From NCBI RefSeq assembly GCF_009914755.1, contig NC_060929.1: 64,000 nt of DNA. One strand, written 5' to 3'. The position numbers were made by a program, and so were the translations under genes. Under the pieces are notes generated by a model. It saw only the letters and a list, made by a program, of their open reading frames with translations, was not told where the DNA came from and made no database searches. Each line of letters opens with the position of its first letter. Position 1 is the first letter of the stretch. Below, one piece after another: positions 1 through 27,903 of this stretch. The stretch is from the human T2T-CHM13v2.0 reference genome, Homo sapiens.

Positions 1-305
1 TTTAATGAGAATTCTTAAAAGATGAAACTAGTGGAGAAAGATTGTAAAACCTAAAAGATTTCTGTATTTTAAAATTCCATAGACAATATAAAAGGACACT
101 GCTGGAAACCAATATGTCTAAGAGGCATTTCAGGAGGGGAAAAACAGCTGAAGACACAATAAAGCCCTAAGTTGATAAATTGAAAGGGTTTGCTGACTTC
201 CAGGCAGTAGTACTGGGAAAAAATTGCTCTTACCTATCCAAAATCTGGTGAAATATATGAATTTGTTAAAACATCTTAAGCTGTCGTCTAGAACAGGATT
301 TTTAA

Positions 306-1171
<866 letters not shown>

Positions 1172-1300
1172 TAGAACAGGATTTTTAAAAGGAAAGAAAA
1201 TTGATTTTCTACAACATTGAAAGTTGGAATTATTGACAATAGATTATCAACAGGAAGCACAGACATCTCAGAATTCTGTTACAACTAATTTTTTTTTTAG

Positions 1301-1466
<166 letters not shown>

Positions 1467-1680
1467 TAGCTGACACTACAGGCGCCCACCACCATGCCCG
1501 GCTAATTTTTGTATTTTTGGTAGAGGCAAGGTTTCACCATATTGGCCGGGCTTTTCTAGAACTCCTGACCTCAAATGATCCACCCACCTTGGCCTCCCAA
1601 AGTGGTGGGATTACAGGCCTGAGCCACCACGCCAGGCCATACAACATTTTTATTCAAACATGAAGGCAAAAGATGTTTTG

Positions 1681-1850
1681 TAGCATTAGGAGATACACCT
1701 AATGCTAAATGACGAGTTAATGGGTGCAGCACACCAGCATGGCACATGTATACATATGTAACTAACCTGCACATTGTGCACATGTACCCTAAAACTTAAA
1801 GTATAATAATAATTTTTAAAAAACTGTGGTACATCCATAAAAAAAAAAAA
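1681..1850 (+). mobile_element. 5'-truncated young L1PA 3' end with TSD and poly(A)
   Basis: tagcattaggaga...gggtgcagcacaccagcatggcacatgtatac...cttaaagtataat is the L1PA 3'UTR; TSD AAAAGATGTTTTG at 1668-1680 and 1847-1859. Confidence 0.92.
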
Positions 1851-1887
1851 GATGTTTTGGACACTGGCTTAGAATGATAAATCCTCA

Positions 1888-2109
<222 letters not shown>

Positions 2110-2199
2110 TTACACACTTGTAATTCCAGCTACTCAGGAGGCAGAGGTTGCAGTGACCCGAGATCGTGCAGCTGCACTTTAGCCTGGGCAACAGAGTGA

Positions 2200-2436
<237 letters not shown>

Positions 2437-2788
2437 TGAGACGGAGTCTCACTCTGTCGCCCAAGTTGGAGTGCAGTGGCGTAGTCTCAGCTGACTGCAA
2501 GCTCTGCCTCCCGGGTTCACGCCAATTTCCTGCCTCGGCCTCCTGAGTAGCTGGGACTACAGGTGCCTGCCACCATACTTGGCTAATTTTTTTTTGTATT
2601 TTTAGTAGAGATGGGGTTTCACCGTGTTAGCCAAGATGGTCTAGATCTCCTGACCCCATGATCTGCCCACCTCGGCCTCCCAAAGTGCTGGGATTACAGG
2701 CGTGAGCCACTGTGCCTGGCCACGCCCAGCTAATCTTTGTATCTTTTTTTTTTTTTTTTAAAGTCAGAGTTTCACTCTTATTGCTTAG

Positions 2789-2953
<165 letters not shown>

Positions 2954-3849
2954 TAGTCTTGAACTCCTGACCTCAGGTGATCTGCCTGCCTCAGCCTCCC
3001 AAAGTGCTGGGATTACAAGCGTGAGCCACTGTGCATGGCCTGAGTGATGAATTTAGTAAAATATAAATGGATGATAATGTGTATTGTCAAGTATTCAATT
3101 CAAAAATTATTTTAAAACATAGTAAGAGAAAACCTAATAGTAGGAATCTACCAGTGCTAACTTCCACAAAACTGAAGATTGGGGAGGGAAGAAGTGTGTA
3201 AGTAAAATAATTTTAAAGGGCTTGCCTTGGCTCAGAGTAAGCATTGGGTTGGGTATATTGGAGAAGGAAAGGCATTCTAAATGGATGTATAGAGTTGTTT
3301 TTTGCTGTTGTTGTTGTTGTTGTTTTTCTCTGAGACGGAGTCTCGCTCTGTCGCCCAGGCTGGAGTACAGTGGTGTGATCTTAGCTCACTGCAACCTCCG
3401 CCTCCTGAGTTCAAGCAATTCTCCTGCCTCAGCTTCCTGACTAGCTAGAACTACAAGCTCACACCACCATGCCTGGCTAATTTTTGTATTTTTAGTAGAT
3501 ACCGGGTTTCGCCATGTTGGCCAGGATGGTCTCGATCTCCTGACCTTGTGATCCACGCGCCTCAGCCTCCCAAAGTGCTGGGATTACAGGCATGAGCCAC
3601 TGCCTCCTGCCCTTGGAGTACATTTTTAATTGATAGGAAAATAGTTAAAGTTATTAAGTGTAGGAAAATAAACGCTATAGAAAAGAAATAGTTAATAGAA
3701 CATTTGAAAAAGCATAAGAAAAGTAAACATGAAATTATTATGAAAGACATAAAACGAAACATCAGTTATCAAAAATGTTAATTCCTGGCTGGGCACAGTG
3801 TCTCACACCTGTAATTCCAGCACTTTGGGAGGCTGAGATAGGTGGATCA

Positions 3850-4266
<417 letters not shown>

Positions 4267-4478
4267 TTATGAGACAGAAATTCTCAGACTGGGTCACATA
4301 TTCTATCTACTGTAGTAGAGGACTTGGATAAACCACTTTCAGAATTGACCAGATTAAGTAAAAAAGATGAGTGTAATATATACATCATTCTTGTACTTTA
4401 GAAATAGAAATCACAGGCCAGGGGCGGTGGCTCATGCCTGTAATCCCAGCACTTTGGGAGGCCGAGGTGGGCGGATCA

Positions 4479-4761
<283 letters not shown>

Positions 4762-6097
4762 TTATCAAATGGTTAAGCAAAAAAAAAGAAGAAAAAAATA
4801 GAGAAAACAGGCAAAAGACTGATGAATCTAGATGAAAGGTTTGTGCTCCTTGTCCTCTTTCAGTTTTTGATATTGGTATAGAAATACACAATTACAGAAT
4901 AAAGAATCTCAGAATAGATTCAGACAAATGGGAATTCAATTATGATAAACATGAGGAATAAGCTTTCATTAGTGGGGGATGATGTAATTTATATGGAGAA
5001 ATATAGATCCTTCACATATTCAAATGTTCACATGAACTAAAGATTTAAATATAAAAACTTGAAACTATAAAAATATTGAGAGAAAATACAGGAAATATAA
5101 TCTCAATGTGGGAAAAGACTTCCCAGAAGCTGTAAAGGAAAACAAATGTCATTTTTAGCTCATCTGATTGCAAAAATAAAATACAATACATATATAATAT
5201 CTGGGATTGTTGAAGATGCAGCAAAATGGATGCACCCAAACAGTATAATAGGAATGCGTATTGCCACATTTTTATAAATAATCTGTCATCTCTTACAGTT
5301 AAAATGCAATGGCCCTTGACACAGTTATTCCCACTTACAGGAATATATCCTATACGAAGCACTACTACCTTGTCTCTACTAAAAAAAAAAAAGAGTGATC
5401 ATAGCAAGATTGTGTGTAATGGCAAAAAGTGGGAACATAAATGTACATCAGAAGGGGGTGGTTGAATAAGTGGTGTTGTATCCATTAAAAAGTGAAGTAT
5501 ACCAATACCTGTTGACTAGGGAAGATTTTATGTAATGTATTTAATATAATTCTGTTAAAATACAGAAATGCTTTATGTGTGTTTATATAAACAAAGAATT
5601 ATGAAAGGATACATATTAAGCTGTTAACATTGATGAATTACCTCTATGATAGGATCGGAGAGGGAAAAACTATATACGCTTTAGACGTTTGTATACCTAA
5701 CTTTTTTTCTTTTTTTTTGTAAGTAGTGTGTACTTTTTACATTCATCCCTGTCACTCTTTTTTTGAGAGATGGGGTCTTGCTGTATCACCCAGGCTGGAG
5801 TGCAGTGGTGCAATCATGGTTCAAGTAATCCTCCTGTCTCAGCTTTCCAAGTAATTGGGTCTACAGGTGAACACCACCATGCCCAGCTAATTAAAAATGT
5901 TTTTTGTATAGATGGGCTCTTGGTATGTTTCCCACACTGATCTTGAATTCCTGACCCCAAGTGATCCTCCCGCATCGGCCTACACTTCAATGCTTGCTTT
6001 CCTAACAAAATTGATCCTAAATTTGTGCAAAGACCCTGCTGTCCAAAAATTTTCAAATGAATACTGAAAGCATAAAGTGAAAAATTACTGTTTATGA

Positions 6098-6290
6098 CAG
6101 GTTGAGCATCCCAGTTTGAAAATTTGATATCTGAACTGTTCCAAAGTCCAGAACTTTTTGAATGCCAACATGACACTCAAAATTTCAGATTTGGGATTCT
6201 CAACTGCAAGTATAATACAGTATTCCAAAATCTGAAAAAAAAAAAAACACCAAAACACTTCTGGTTCTAAGCATTTTGTTGTTGGATAAT
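6098..6290. mobile_element. Tigger4/MER46-like DNA transposon relic
   Basis: caggttgagcatccc terminal inverted repeat-like start; aaaacacttctggttctaagcatttt; family from recalled consensus. Confidence 0.6.
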
Positions 6291-6688
6291 CACATTTATT
6301 TTGTGATTTTCACTAGGGAAATCTGATTTACAAGTATTTTAATGACTACTACATTAAGCTAGTTTTTCTGAGTTAGTCTTGCCGTGTTATGAAGACGTGT
6401 TATCTCCTTTGCATGAGATTAATACTGAACATTTTTTATTTTTGATATATTTTCTGACAGTTTTAGGGTTTTAAAGCATAACATGCCTTGAAACAAATAC
6501 AGGCTGTAAAAAACCTGGGGAAAAAATATTGGCTTTCTCAGTTAATTCCTGCCAGTTTTTTTTTTTTTGTTTTTTTTTTTTTGTTTTTTTTTTTGAGATG
6601 GAGTTTCGTCCTTGTTGCCCAGGCTGGAGTGCAATGGAGTGATCTTGGCTCACCGCAACCTCTGCCTCAGCCTCCCGAGTAGCTGTGA

Positions 6689-6787
<99 letters not shown>

Positions 6788-7499
6788 TGATCTTCCTGCC
6801 TCAGCCTCCCAAAGTGCTGGGATTACAGGCATGAGCCACCACGCCCAGCCTACCTGCCAGTTTTATAGTGGGTCAGAATGAGGCATGAGCCAAAGATAAG
6901 ATAGTAACAGATGAGGCTGGGTGCGTTGGCTCACGCCTGTAATCCAGCACTTTGGGAGGCCAAAGTGGGCAGATCACCTGAAGTTGGGAGTTTGAGACCA
7001 GCCTGACCAACGTGGAGAAACTCCCGTCTCTACTAAAAATACAAAGTTAGCCGGGCGTGGTGGAGCATGCCTGTAATCCCAGCTGCTCCGGAGGCTGAGG
7101 CAGGACAATCGTTTGAACCCAGGGGAGATGGAGGTTGTGGTGAGCCATTGCACTCCAGCCTGGGCAACAAGAATGAAACTCTGTCTCAAAAAAAAAAAAA
7201 AGTAACAGCTGAGTATAGTCAGCCTCTCAGTTTTGTGTTTTTTGTTTTCCTCTGTGACTTATTTGTACCAGAGTTTGTTTTTTTACTGTATTGTTAAGTC
7301 ATTGTCTGTTTTCGGTCCTTAAAAGTCATTCAAGCAAATTAGGGCCTTCTTTTGTGTTTCCAGCATTTCCTCTAAGTTTTAATTATTTTTGTTCTGGAGA
7401 AAAGCATTCTCTCAGCCAGGGGAGACTCTCAACATATATAGGTTTGAGCTCATTGACTCTTAGGATGTTAAAGACATTTGTTTCTGGCTATTTCTGAAT

Positions 7500-11620
<4,121 letters not shown>

Positions 11621-11647
11621 TATATTGCAGCCAGGGGCCGTGGCTCA

Positions 11648-11964
<317 letters not shown>

Positions 11965-12584
11965 CTATTGTCTTCAAGGCTTACCAAGCTGCAAATGGGA
12001 GATGGCACTAGGGTAGTTTAAAATACCACAGAGGTGTTTTACCAGAATTGAACTGTTGGTTTTTTTTTTCTTAAGCATTCCTCTGGAAGTTTATCATTGC
12101 ATTGGCAGTTCTTTTTAGTAGTTCTGTAGAGATAGGGGTCTCACTATGTTGCCCATGCTGGTTTTCAACAGCTGGGTCTGGAGGCCCACCTCAGACTCCC
12201 AAAGTGCTGGGCCCTGGTGCATGTTTTAGAGTCAGGCTACCTTGACTTGAATTTCAGCTCCACTGTTCACTAGTTGTGTAACCTGGAACAAGTTACTTAA
12301 GACTTAGTTCTTTGTCATGGAAATGAATTTGACCATAATCCCTACATCCACAGGACTTGTGAGTATTAAATAGATGATGACTGTAAGGCCCTTAAATGCA
12401 ATACTATTGTTGCATATGTGTTTACTTTTTAAGAAAAATATATACCACATTAGCAGTGCTTACTTTTGGGAAAAGGATTGGGAGTGAGGATTGTGTCTGG
12501 TGGTGGGGAGGGAGTCAGCTACCTTTTTTACTCATTTTTTCTATCACAGTTGAAAATGTATAGCTAAAAGACTGACTAGCATTG

Positions 12585-13060
12585 AACACATTGGGTATAT
12601 ATTCAAGAGAACTGAAAACGTGCTCATATAAAAACTTGTACACAAATACCGATAACAGCATTATTAATAGCCAAAAAGTGGAAACGACTGCAGATGCTCA
12701 TTAATCAGAGTAGATAAAATGTGTATCTCTATACAATGGAATATTGTTTGGCAATAAAAAGGAATGAAATGCTGATACATGCTACAACATAGGTGAACCT
12801 TGAAAACATTGTAATAAGTGAAAGAAGCCAGACATGAGAAGAGGACACATATTTTATGATTCCATTTATATGCAATGTTCAGAATAGGCAAATCTATAGA
12901 GACAGAAAGTAGACTAGTGGTTGTCCAAGTTGGGGGGCTTGGGAAATGGAGAGTGACTACAGATGGGTATGGAGTTTCCTTTTGGGGTGGTGAAAATGTT
13001 CTGGAATTAGGTAATGGTGGTGTGTTAAAACCACTGAATCAAACACTTTAAAACAGTAAA
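12585..13060 (+). mobile_element. L1MB-like 3' end fragment
   Basis: aatagccaaaaagtggaaac...atacaatggaatatt...gaaccttgaaaacatt...agagacagaaagtagactagtggttg. Confidence 0.75.
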
Positions 13061-13063
13061 TTC

Positions 13064-17790
<4,727 letters not shown>

Positions 17791-17863
17791 AAACCCTGAA
17801 TGAGTAAGTAAATTAACTGTGCTGTTGTTCTTTTAAGGTTAAAAACGACAACCAACATCAGCC

Positions 17864-18001
17864 ATGAAAGATCCAAGTCGCAGCAGTACTAGCCCAAGCA
17901 TCATCAATGAAGATGTGATTATTAACGGTCATTCTCATGAAGATGACAATCCATTTGCAGAGTACATGTGGATGGAAAATGAAGAAGAATTCAACAGACA
18001 A
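17864..18001 (+). CDS. PAIP2: PAIP2 first coding exon (exon begins at 17838), aa 1-46
   Basis: Acceptor ttttaag|GTT at 17837/17838; GCCATGA start; [46 protein letters not shown]; donor CAA|gttagt. Confidence 0.97.
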
Positions 18002-18149
18002 GTTAGTTTTTTGTACAAACATGTTTTTATAGTCCATTCTGGCCCTCAATATGATTGTACTTGTCCCTGAAATGTGTTTATCTTGTCCTTTATGTATAAA
18101 GTATGTAGACTGATGTGCCACCACTCCTGTTTATTTGGCTGCTGATTAC

Positions 18150-18305
18150 TACCAGGCTTAACTGCTTACGGAAATAACCTGGGGAGCTTGTTTCAGGGTC
18201 CCACCCTAGAGATGTCTGAATCAGGAGGATGAGGGTGGAGCCTGGGAAACTTTTTCAGAGCTCTCAGATGGTTCCATTGAGCAGTCAGATGTGGAAACCA
18301 CTGCC
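18150..18305. mobile_element. MER5A-like hAT relic in PAIP2 intron
   Basis: acctggggagcttgtt...ctgaatcag...ggaaaccactg. Confidence 0.55.
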
Positions 18306-18642
18306 TTATGCCAGTAAGATTGCTGGTTACCGTGAAAGTCAAGAGAATTCAGGAGTCAGGAGCAGACAGGCACAGAAAAAAGAGACAGGCATCTCTTTTT
18401 ACTTCTTCCCTGCCACCCTCAATGGAAAAAAGAATGTTCTACTAATAAAAGTAAAAACATAGAAAAACCCTAAACAGATAGATCTTCGCCGGTCATTATG
18501 GTAAGCATTTTTTTTCCTTAGCATGGAAGCAGAAAAGAAAGTATGACTTTGTGCCTTTAAATGGTTTAGTTCAAGATATTTTAAGCCATTCCTAGTGATA
18601 TCTACCAAGTGTGCTATAAATTATCCTTTATTATAAATCTAG

Positions 18643-18822
18643 ATAGAAGAGGAGTTATGGGAAGAAGAATTTATTGAACGCTGTTTCCAAGAAATGCTGG
18701 AAGAGGAAGAAGAGCATGAATGGTTTATTCCAGCTCGAGATCTCCCACAAACTATGGACCAAATCCAAGACCAGTTTAATGACCTTGTTATCAGTGATGG
18801 CTCTTCTCTGGAAGATCTTGTG
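18643..18822 (+). CDS. PAIP2: PAIP2 second coding exon, aa 47-106 (acidic PAM1 region)
   Basis: tctag|ATAGAAGAG ... CTTGTG|gtaaaa; 180 nt, phase 0; [36 protein letters not shown]... Confidence 0.97.
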
Positions 18823-18942
18823 GTAAAAAGTTATTTTTCATCTTTTTAAAACCTAGTGCATCTTTTGCATAAGTGGAAAAGCCAGCTCCCATCTATTTAA
18901 GAATTCTACATCTCTTTCCCCTTCAGAAATTGTGCTGCTTCT

Positions 18943-22687
<3,745 letters not shown>

Positions 22688-22807
22688 TTACAGACTGAGT
22701 TCTTTTGTCTTTTTTTTTTTGGAAGATGTTTTTGCATGAGGATCTAGATTGAATTAGTACCTGAAACTGTGTTAATGAACTTGCTTTTTTATGTACTTAT
22801 TTTCCAG

Positions 22808-22873
22808 GTCAAGAGCAATCTGAATCCAAATGCAAAGGAGTTTGTTCCTGGGGTGAAGTACGGAAATATTTGA
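22808..22873 (+). CDS. PAIP2: PAIP2 last coding exon, aa 107-127 with PAM2 motif
   Basis: tttccag|GTC; VKSNLNPNAKEFVPGVKYGNI*; PAM2 motif SNLNPNAKEFVP; total 46+60+21=127 aa. Confidence 0.97.
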   Translation, partial: VKSNLNPNAKEFVPGVKYGNI

Positions 22874-23012
22874 GTAGACGGGGCCCTCTTTTGGTGGATG
22901 TAGCACAATTTCCACACTGTGAAGGCAGTATTAGAAGACTTAATTGTAAAAGCTCTCTTGTCACTGTGTTACACTTATGCATTGCCAAAGTTTTTGTTAG
23001 TCTTGCATGCTT

Positions 23013-23018
23013 AATAAA
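23013..23018 (+). terminator. PAIP2: PAIP2 proximal poly(A) signal AATAAA
   Basis: AATAAA 140 nt after the stop codon. Confidence 0.65.
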
Positions 23019-23774
23019 AGTGCTGAGACTGTTACTAAGTAAAAAGCTGTCAAACATTTACTGAAAATAGAATTGGCCCCATGGCTTGATGTGAAGACAG
23101 CAAGGAAAGAAGCACCAGTCAAGTTGTGAACAAGCACCAAATTAAAAGACCTAAACCTTACCAAATTGTCTTTTTTTGAGGCTAATCTATCACTTGTTAA
23201 TGTCTAAACTTTAAAATCAGTACATTTAATTTGAGTTCCAACTGTTAAGCATATTTCTCAGACTTAAATTTGATTATGTCCCCATCAAAAAGAATCTCCA
23301 TTTTCTGAAGGTCTGTTAGTTAATTTGAGATAATTTGTTAAAGGCAAGTATGTCATATTACTGAGGCTACAAGTTAGTCAGCAGATGAGTGCCAGTCCAG
23401 CCTTTTCTGGTATGTTATTGTTAGAAATATTGAGTTCTAATGTTACATCTGAGGAAGTATGTAATTTGAGAATTGTAACTTCTAAGGGATTCACTGCATC
23501 ATAGCTATGCCTGTATGGAGTCTAACATATGACCAATACCAACCCATAATCCAGCTGAACAAAGATACTGTAACATTATGATTTGAGTGGTGCTTTTCCT
23601 TGCTTTGTTAACCATCACGAGAGTCTGCAGCACAACTTTTAACAAAGCTAGAACAGTTTTGGCTTCTTAAACTTCATATTTGGGTAGGTTAAGCTGCCAT
23701 ACGTGTTCAGTGTGAATAGTGTTTAAGTTGAAAATATTGTAAAAAAATTATATTTTTTCAAAAATATTTAAAAA

Positions 23775-23780
23775 AATAAA
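23775..23780 (+). terminator. PAIP2: PAIP2 distal poly(A) signal AATAAA
   Basis: AATAAA at the end of an AU-rich UTR, followed by a GT-rich downstream element (ggttgtgtttattggtg). Confidence 0.75.
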
Positions 23781-24153
23781 TAATAGTAGAACTGAGCAGA
23801 TGGTTGTGTTTATTGGTGCTGGAATGTACTGTAGTGGTGTTACTCACTTGAGTATGGGCCCAGTGCCTCAGGACAATCTTGCTGGCAAAATGTGCTAAGC
23901 TTTCAGGCTTTGTTAGATTCTAACAGGTATGTTGCCATGCAAGTACCTTTCCAGAATATAGCAGTAGAATAACTCCATTGCCCATCCTTGCTTCTTAATC
24001 ACCTCAGACTTCAGTGTCAGGGGAATCCTAGATAGTCATGTAAGAAACTTTATGGCTGACCAATATGATGGTGACCTTACTCTAATAGAACCTCCATTGT
24101 TTTTTGTTCTTCACAAGGGCTTTTTTTGAGCTTATTAGGTTGAAAAAGATTAA

Positions 24154-24705
<552 letters not shown>

Positions 24706-24957
24706 TAGCTGGGATTACAGGCGCCTACCACCACGCCTGGCTAATTTTTGTATTTTTTTAGTAGAGATGCGGTTTTGCCATGTTGGCCAGGCTGGACTCG
24801 AACTCCTGACCTCAGGTGATCGCCCTTAAGAGTAAAGATTCTTGAATGTGGCTTTTGTTGGGAAAAAAATTTAAAAAAAGAAAAGGGGGCTCTAGGCTGG
24901 GTGCGGTGGCTCACGCCTGTAATCCCAGTACTTTGGGAGGTCAAGGTAGGTGGATCA

Positions 24958-25232
<275 letters not shown>

Positions 25233-26091
25233 TCACTTAACCTTTCTGTACCTTCCTTTCCACATCTCTAAAATAGCAGTAATAACTGTCTCTGGATTAT
25301 GTGAGTAGTTAATATATATAAGTACTTAAGACATAGAAAGTCCTGTTTTAAGTGTTGTTATTTTTACTATTAAGGAGTCATCTAGGCTAACCTCTCTTTT
25401 TGGGAACTTTTCTTGTCTGTCTGAGGGAACGTGCACATTGAACCCACTTCAGTGTTTAGTAGAGAGCCAGGCATCTGCATTACAGATAGTGATGGAAGGT
25501 TTCCGAGCATCAGCTGCCCATGCGTTCTGAAGACCTAAGGACAAAGTGTCACCTCATCAGGGCTTGTACAGGCATCGTTTTAGGATAAAGGCATCCTGTT
25601 TTAAAGGGTTTTAATTTTATGACGTTATTGAGACAAGGCAGTGTATATGAGAGGATTTTTCCTGTTCTTGTGCTGCATTTCTCAACATTTTCCATGTCGC
25701 ATATCAAAGTGATACTTGTTTAGCATACTGGAGTACAAGAATGAGGCTGCCAGTGGCTAGAGTTCTTAGCTCAAGGACTCCAATTGGCCCAGATTCTGCC
25801 CAGGTGTCTGGAAGGCTAGAGGATCTGCATTTCAGCATACTTGTAGCCTCTTAGTGGCCCACACTAGTTGGGAAGTTCTGCTGTTACTATGAAATGGTAA
25901 AGGAATTCCACCCAAAATCCGTATGTTGACTTTTTACCCAGCTCACCTTCTCTTTGAGGACATTCAAACAGTTTACAAGAAAGAGAACTGAGTAGTTTGG
26001 TTTTTCTTTGGTTAAAGCATAAGAATGTTTTGATTATTCAACCCTCCCACAAAAACCATAGACACATCCTACCTTTCCTGGAAGTCATTTT

Positions 26092-26339
26092 TCAGACCTT
26101 GGTGCACACAGATGCAGTTTCTGTATTTTCTGGAGTGTCTTCTGGAATTGCAATCTGATCTTTTGAACTTGAAGAAAATCCTTTGAAGACTGGGCAGATA
26201 GGAATGTATTTCAGAAAGGTAATTCTTTTTACTATGCCCATCCCAATGGGGAAATCGTAGCTCTTGAGGCTGGAAGACATGTCACTGTTGGCATGAGCCC
26301 CAGCTTTCCACTGTATCAGACCACGCTCCTCTGGGCTCC
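26092..26339 (-). CDS. SLC23A1: SLC23A1 exon 14, C-terminus
   Basis: ttccag|GG; (G)[34 protein letters not shown]...ETASVCTKV*; exon continues 19 nt to a donor at 26073. Confidence 0.96.
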
Positions 26340-26544
26340 CTGGAAGAGGATAGTGAGGTCATTTACCAAGGCCAGCAACCCTCAGCCACCCCCACTTCCC
26401 ATAACCCAGTCCTAAGGCAGACTTCTGGAATCAAGTATCTTCCTTAACTATCATTTGGTCCTAAAACGTGGCTGAATCTATGGTTTCTGAGCTCCTAACT
26501 TGGCCAGAGCTCTAAGGAACACTAAAGGATACTAGTTATAGTAG

Positions 26545-26905
<361 letters not shown>

Positions 26906-27202
26906 TGATCTGCCTGGCTTGGCCTCCCAAAGTGCTGGGATTATAAGCGTGAGCCACTGTGCCCGGCCTATACAAAATTTTAAGATGAAGAAAGGGACAA
27001 AAAGTTAAGTAATTGTGAACCTAAATCTGTGAGTATGTGGTAATGTGTGTTAGGCCCATGGGGACCAAATCAAGTCCAGATTGCGTTCTGGGGGTAAGGG
27101 AGGCATATTTTGAAACACTATAATCAGTGTTAATATTTCATATTATGATTCCATATGTGAAAAACTCATTTTTATAATACAAACTTCAGAAAGTCAAGCT
27201 AA

Positions 27203-27553
<351 letters not shown>

Positions 27554-27805
27554 TGAGCCGGGCTAGTAATTTTTACAACTAGGAATTCTCCCTCAGGTGG
27601 GGCAGGGTCACATGAGATCTCAGGTTTTCACAAGAGGGCTGGGATCGACAAAGACTGAAATACTATAAATCTAGCAGGAGTGGGAATTTCCACTTGCTGG
27701 CAGCCCAGGCTGAGAACAAACCCATGAGTAGCACAAACCAAGTTATGTTCCAAAATCTCACAGGAGAGGGCACTGAGGGAAGGTGGAGTCCCTAGGGAAG
27801 ACTAC

Positions 27806-27903
27806 CTGGAAGAGACACTGTTTGGGCTTGGCTCTACAAAGGGCACACACAGTCTGGAAGAGAAACCTTGATTGGGCTTGGCTGTACAAAGGGCACACAC
27901 AGT
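27806..27903. repeat. Two-copy tandem duplication, unit 48-50 bp
   Basis: ctggaagaga...ttgggcttggct(c/g)tacaaagggcacacacagt occurs twice. Confidence 0.9.

Noticed and set aside
22809-23057. 82-aa ORF antisense to the PAIP2 last exon
   Set aside because: It starts from a short AT-rich UTR shadow, lies inside an SLC23A1 intron, and has no evident exon boundaries or homology.
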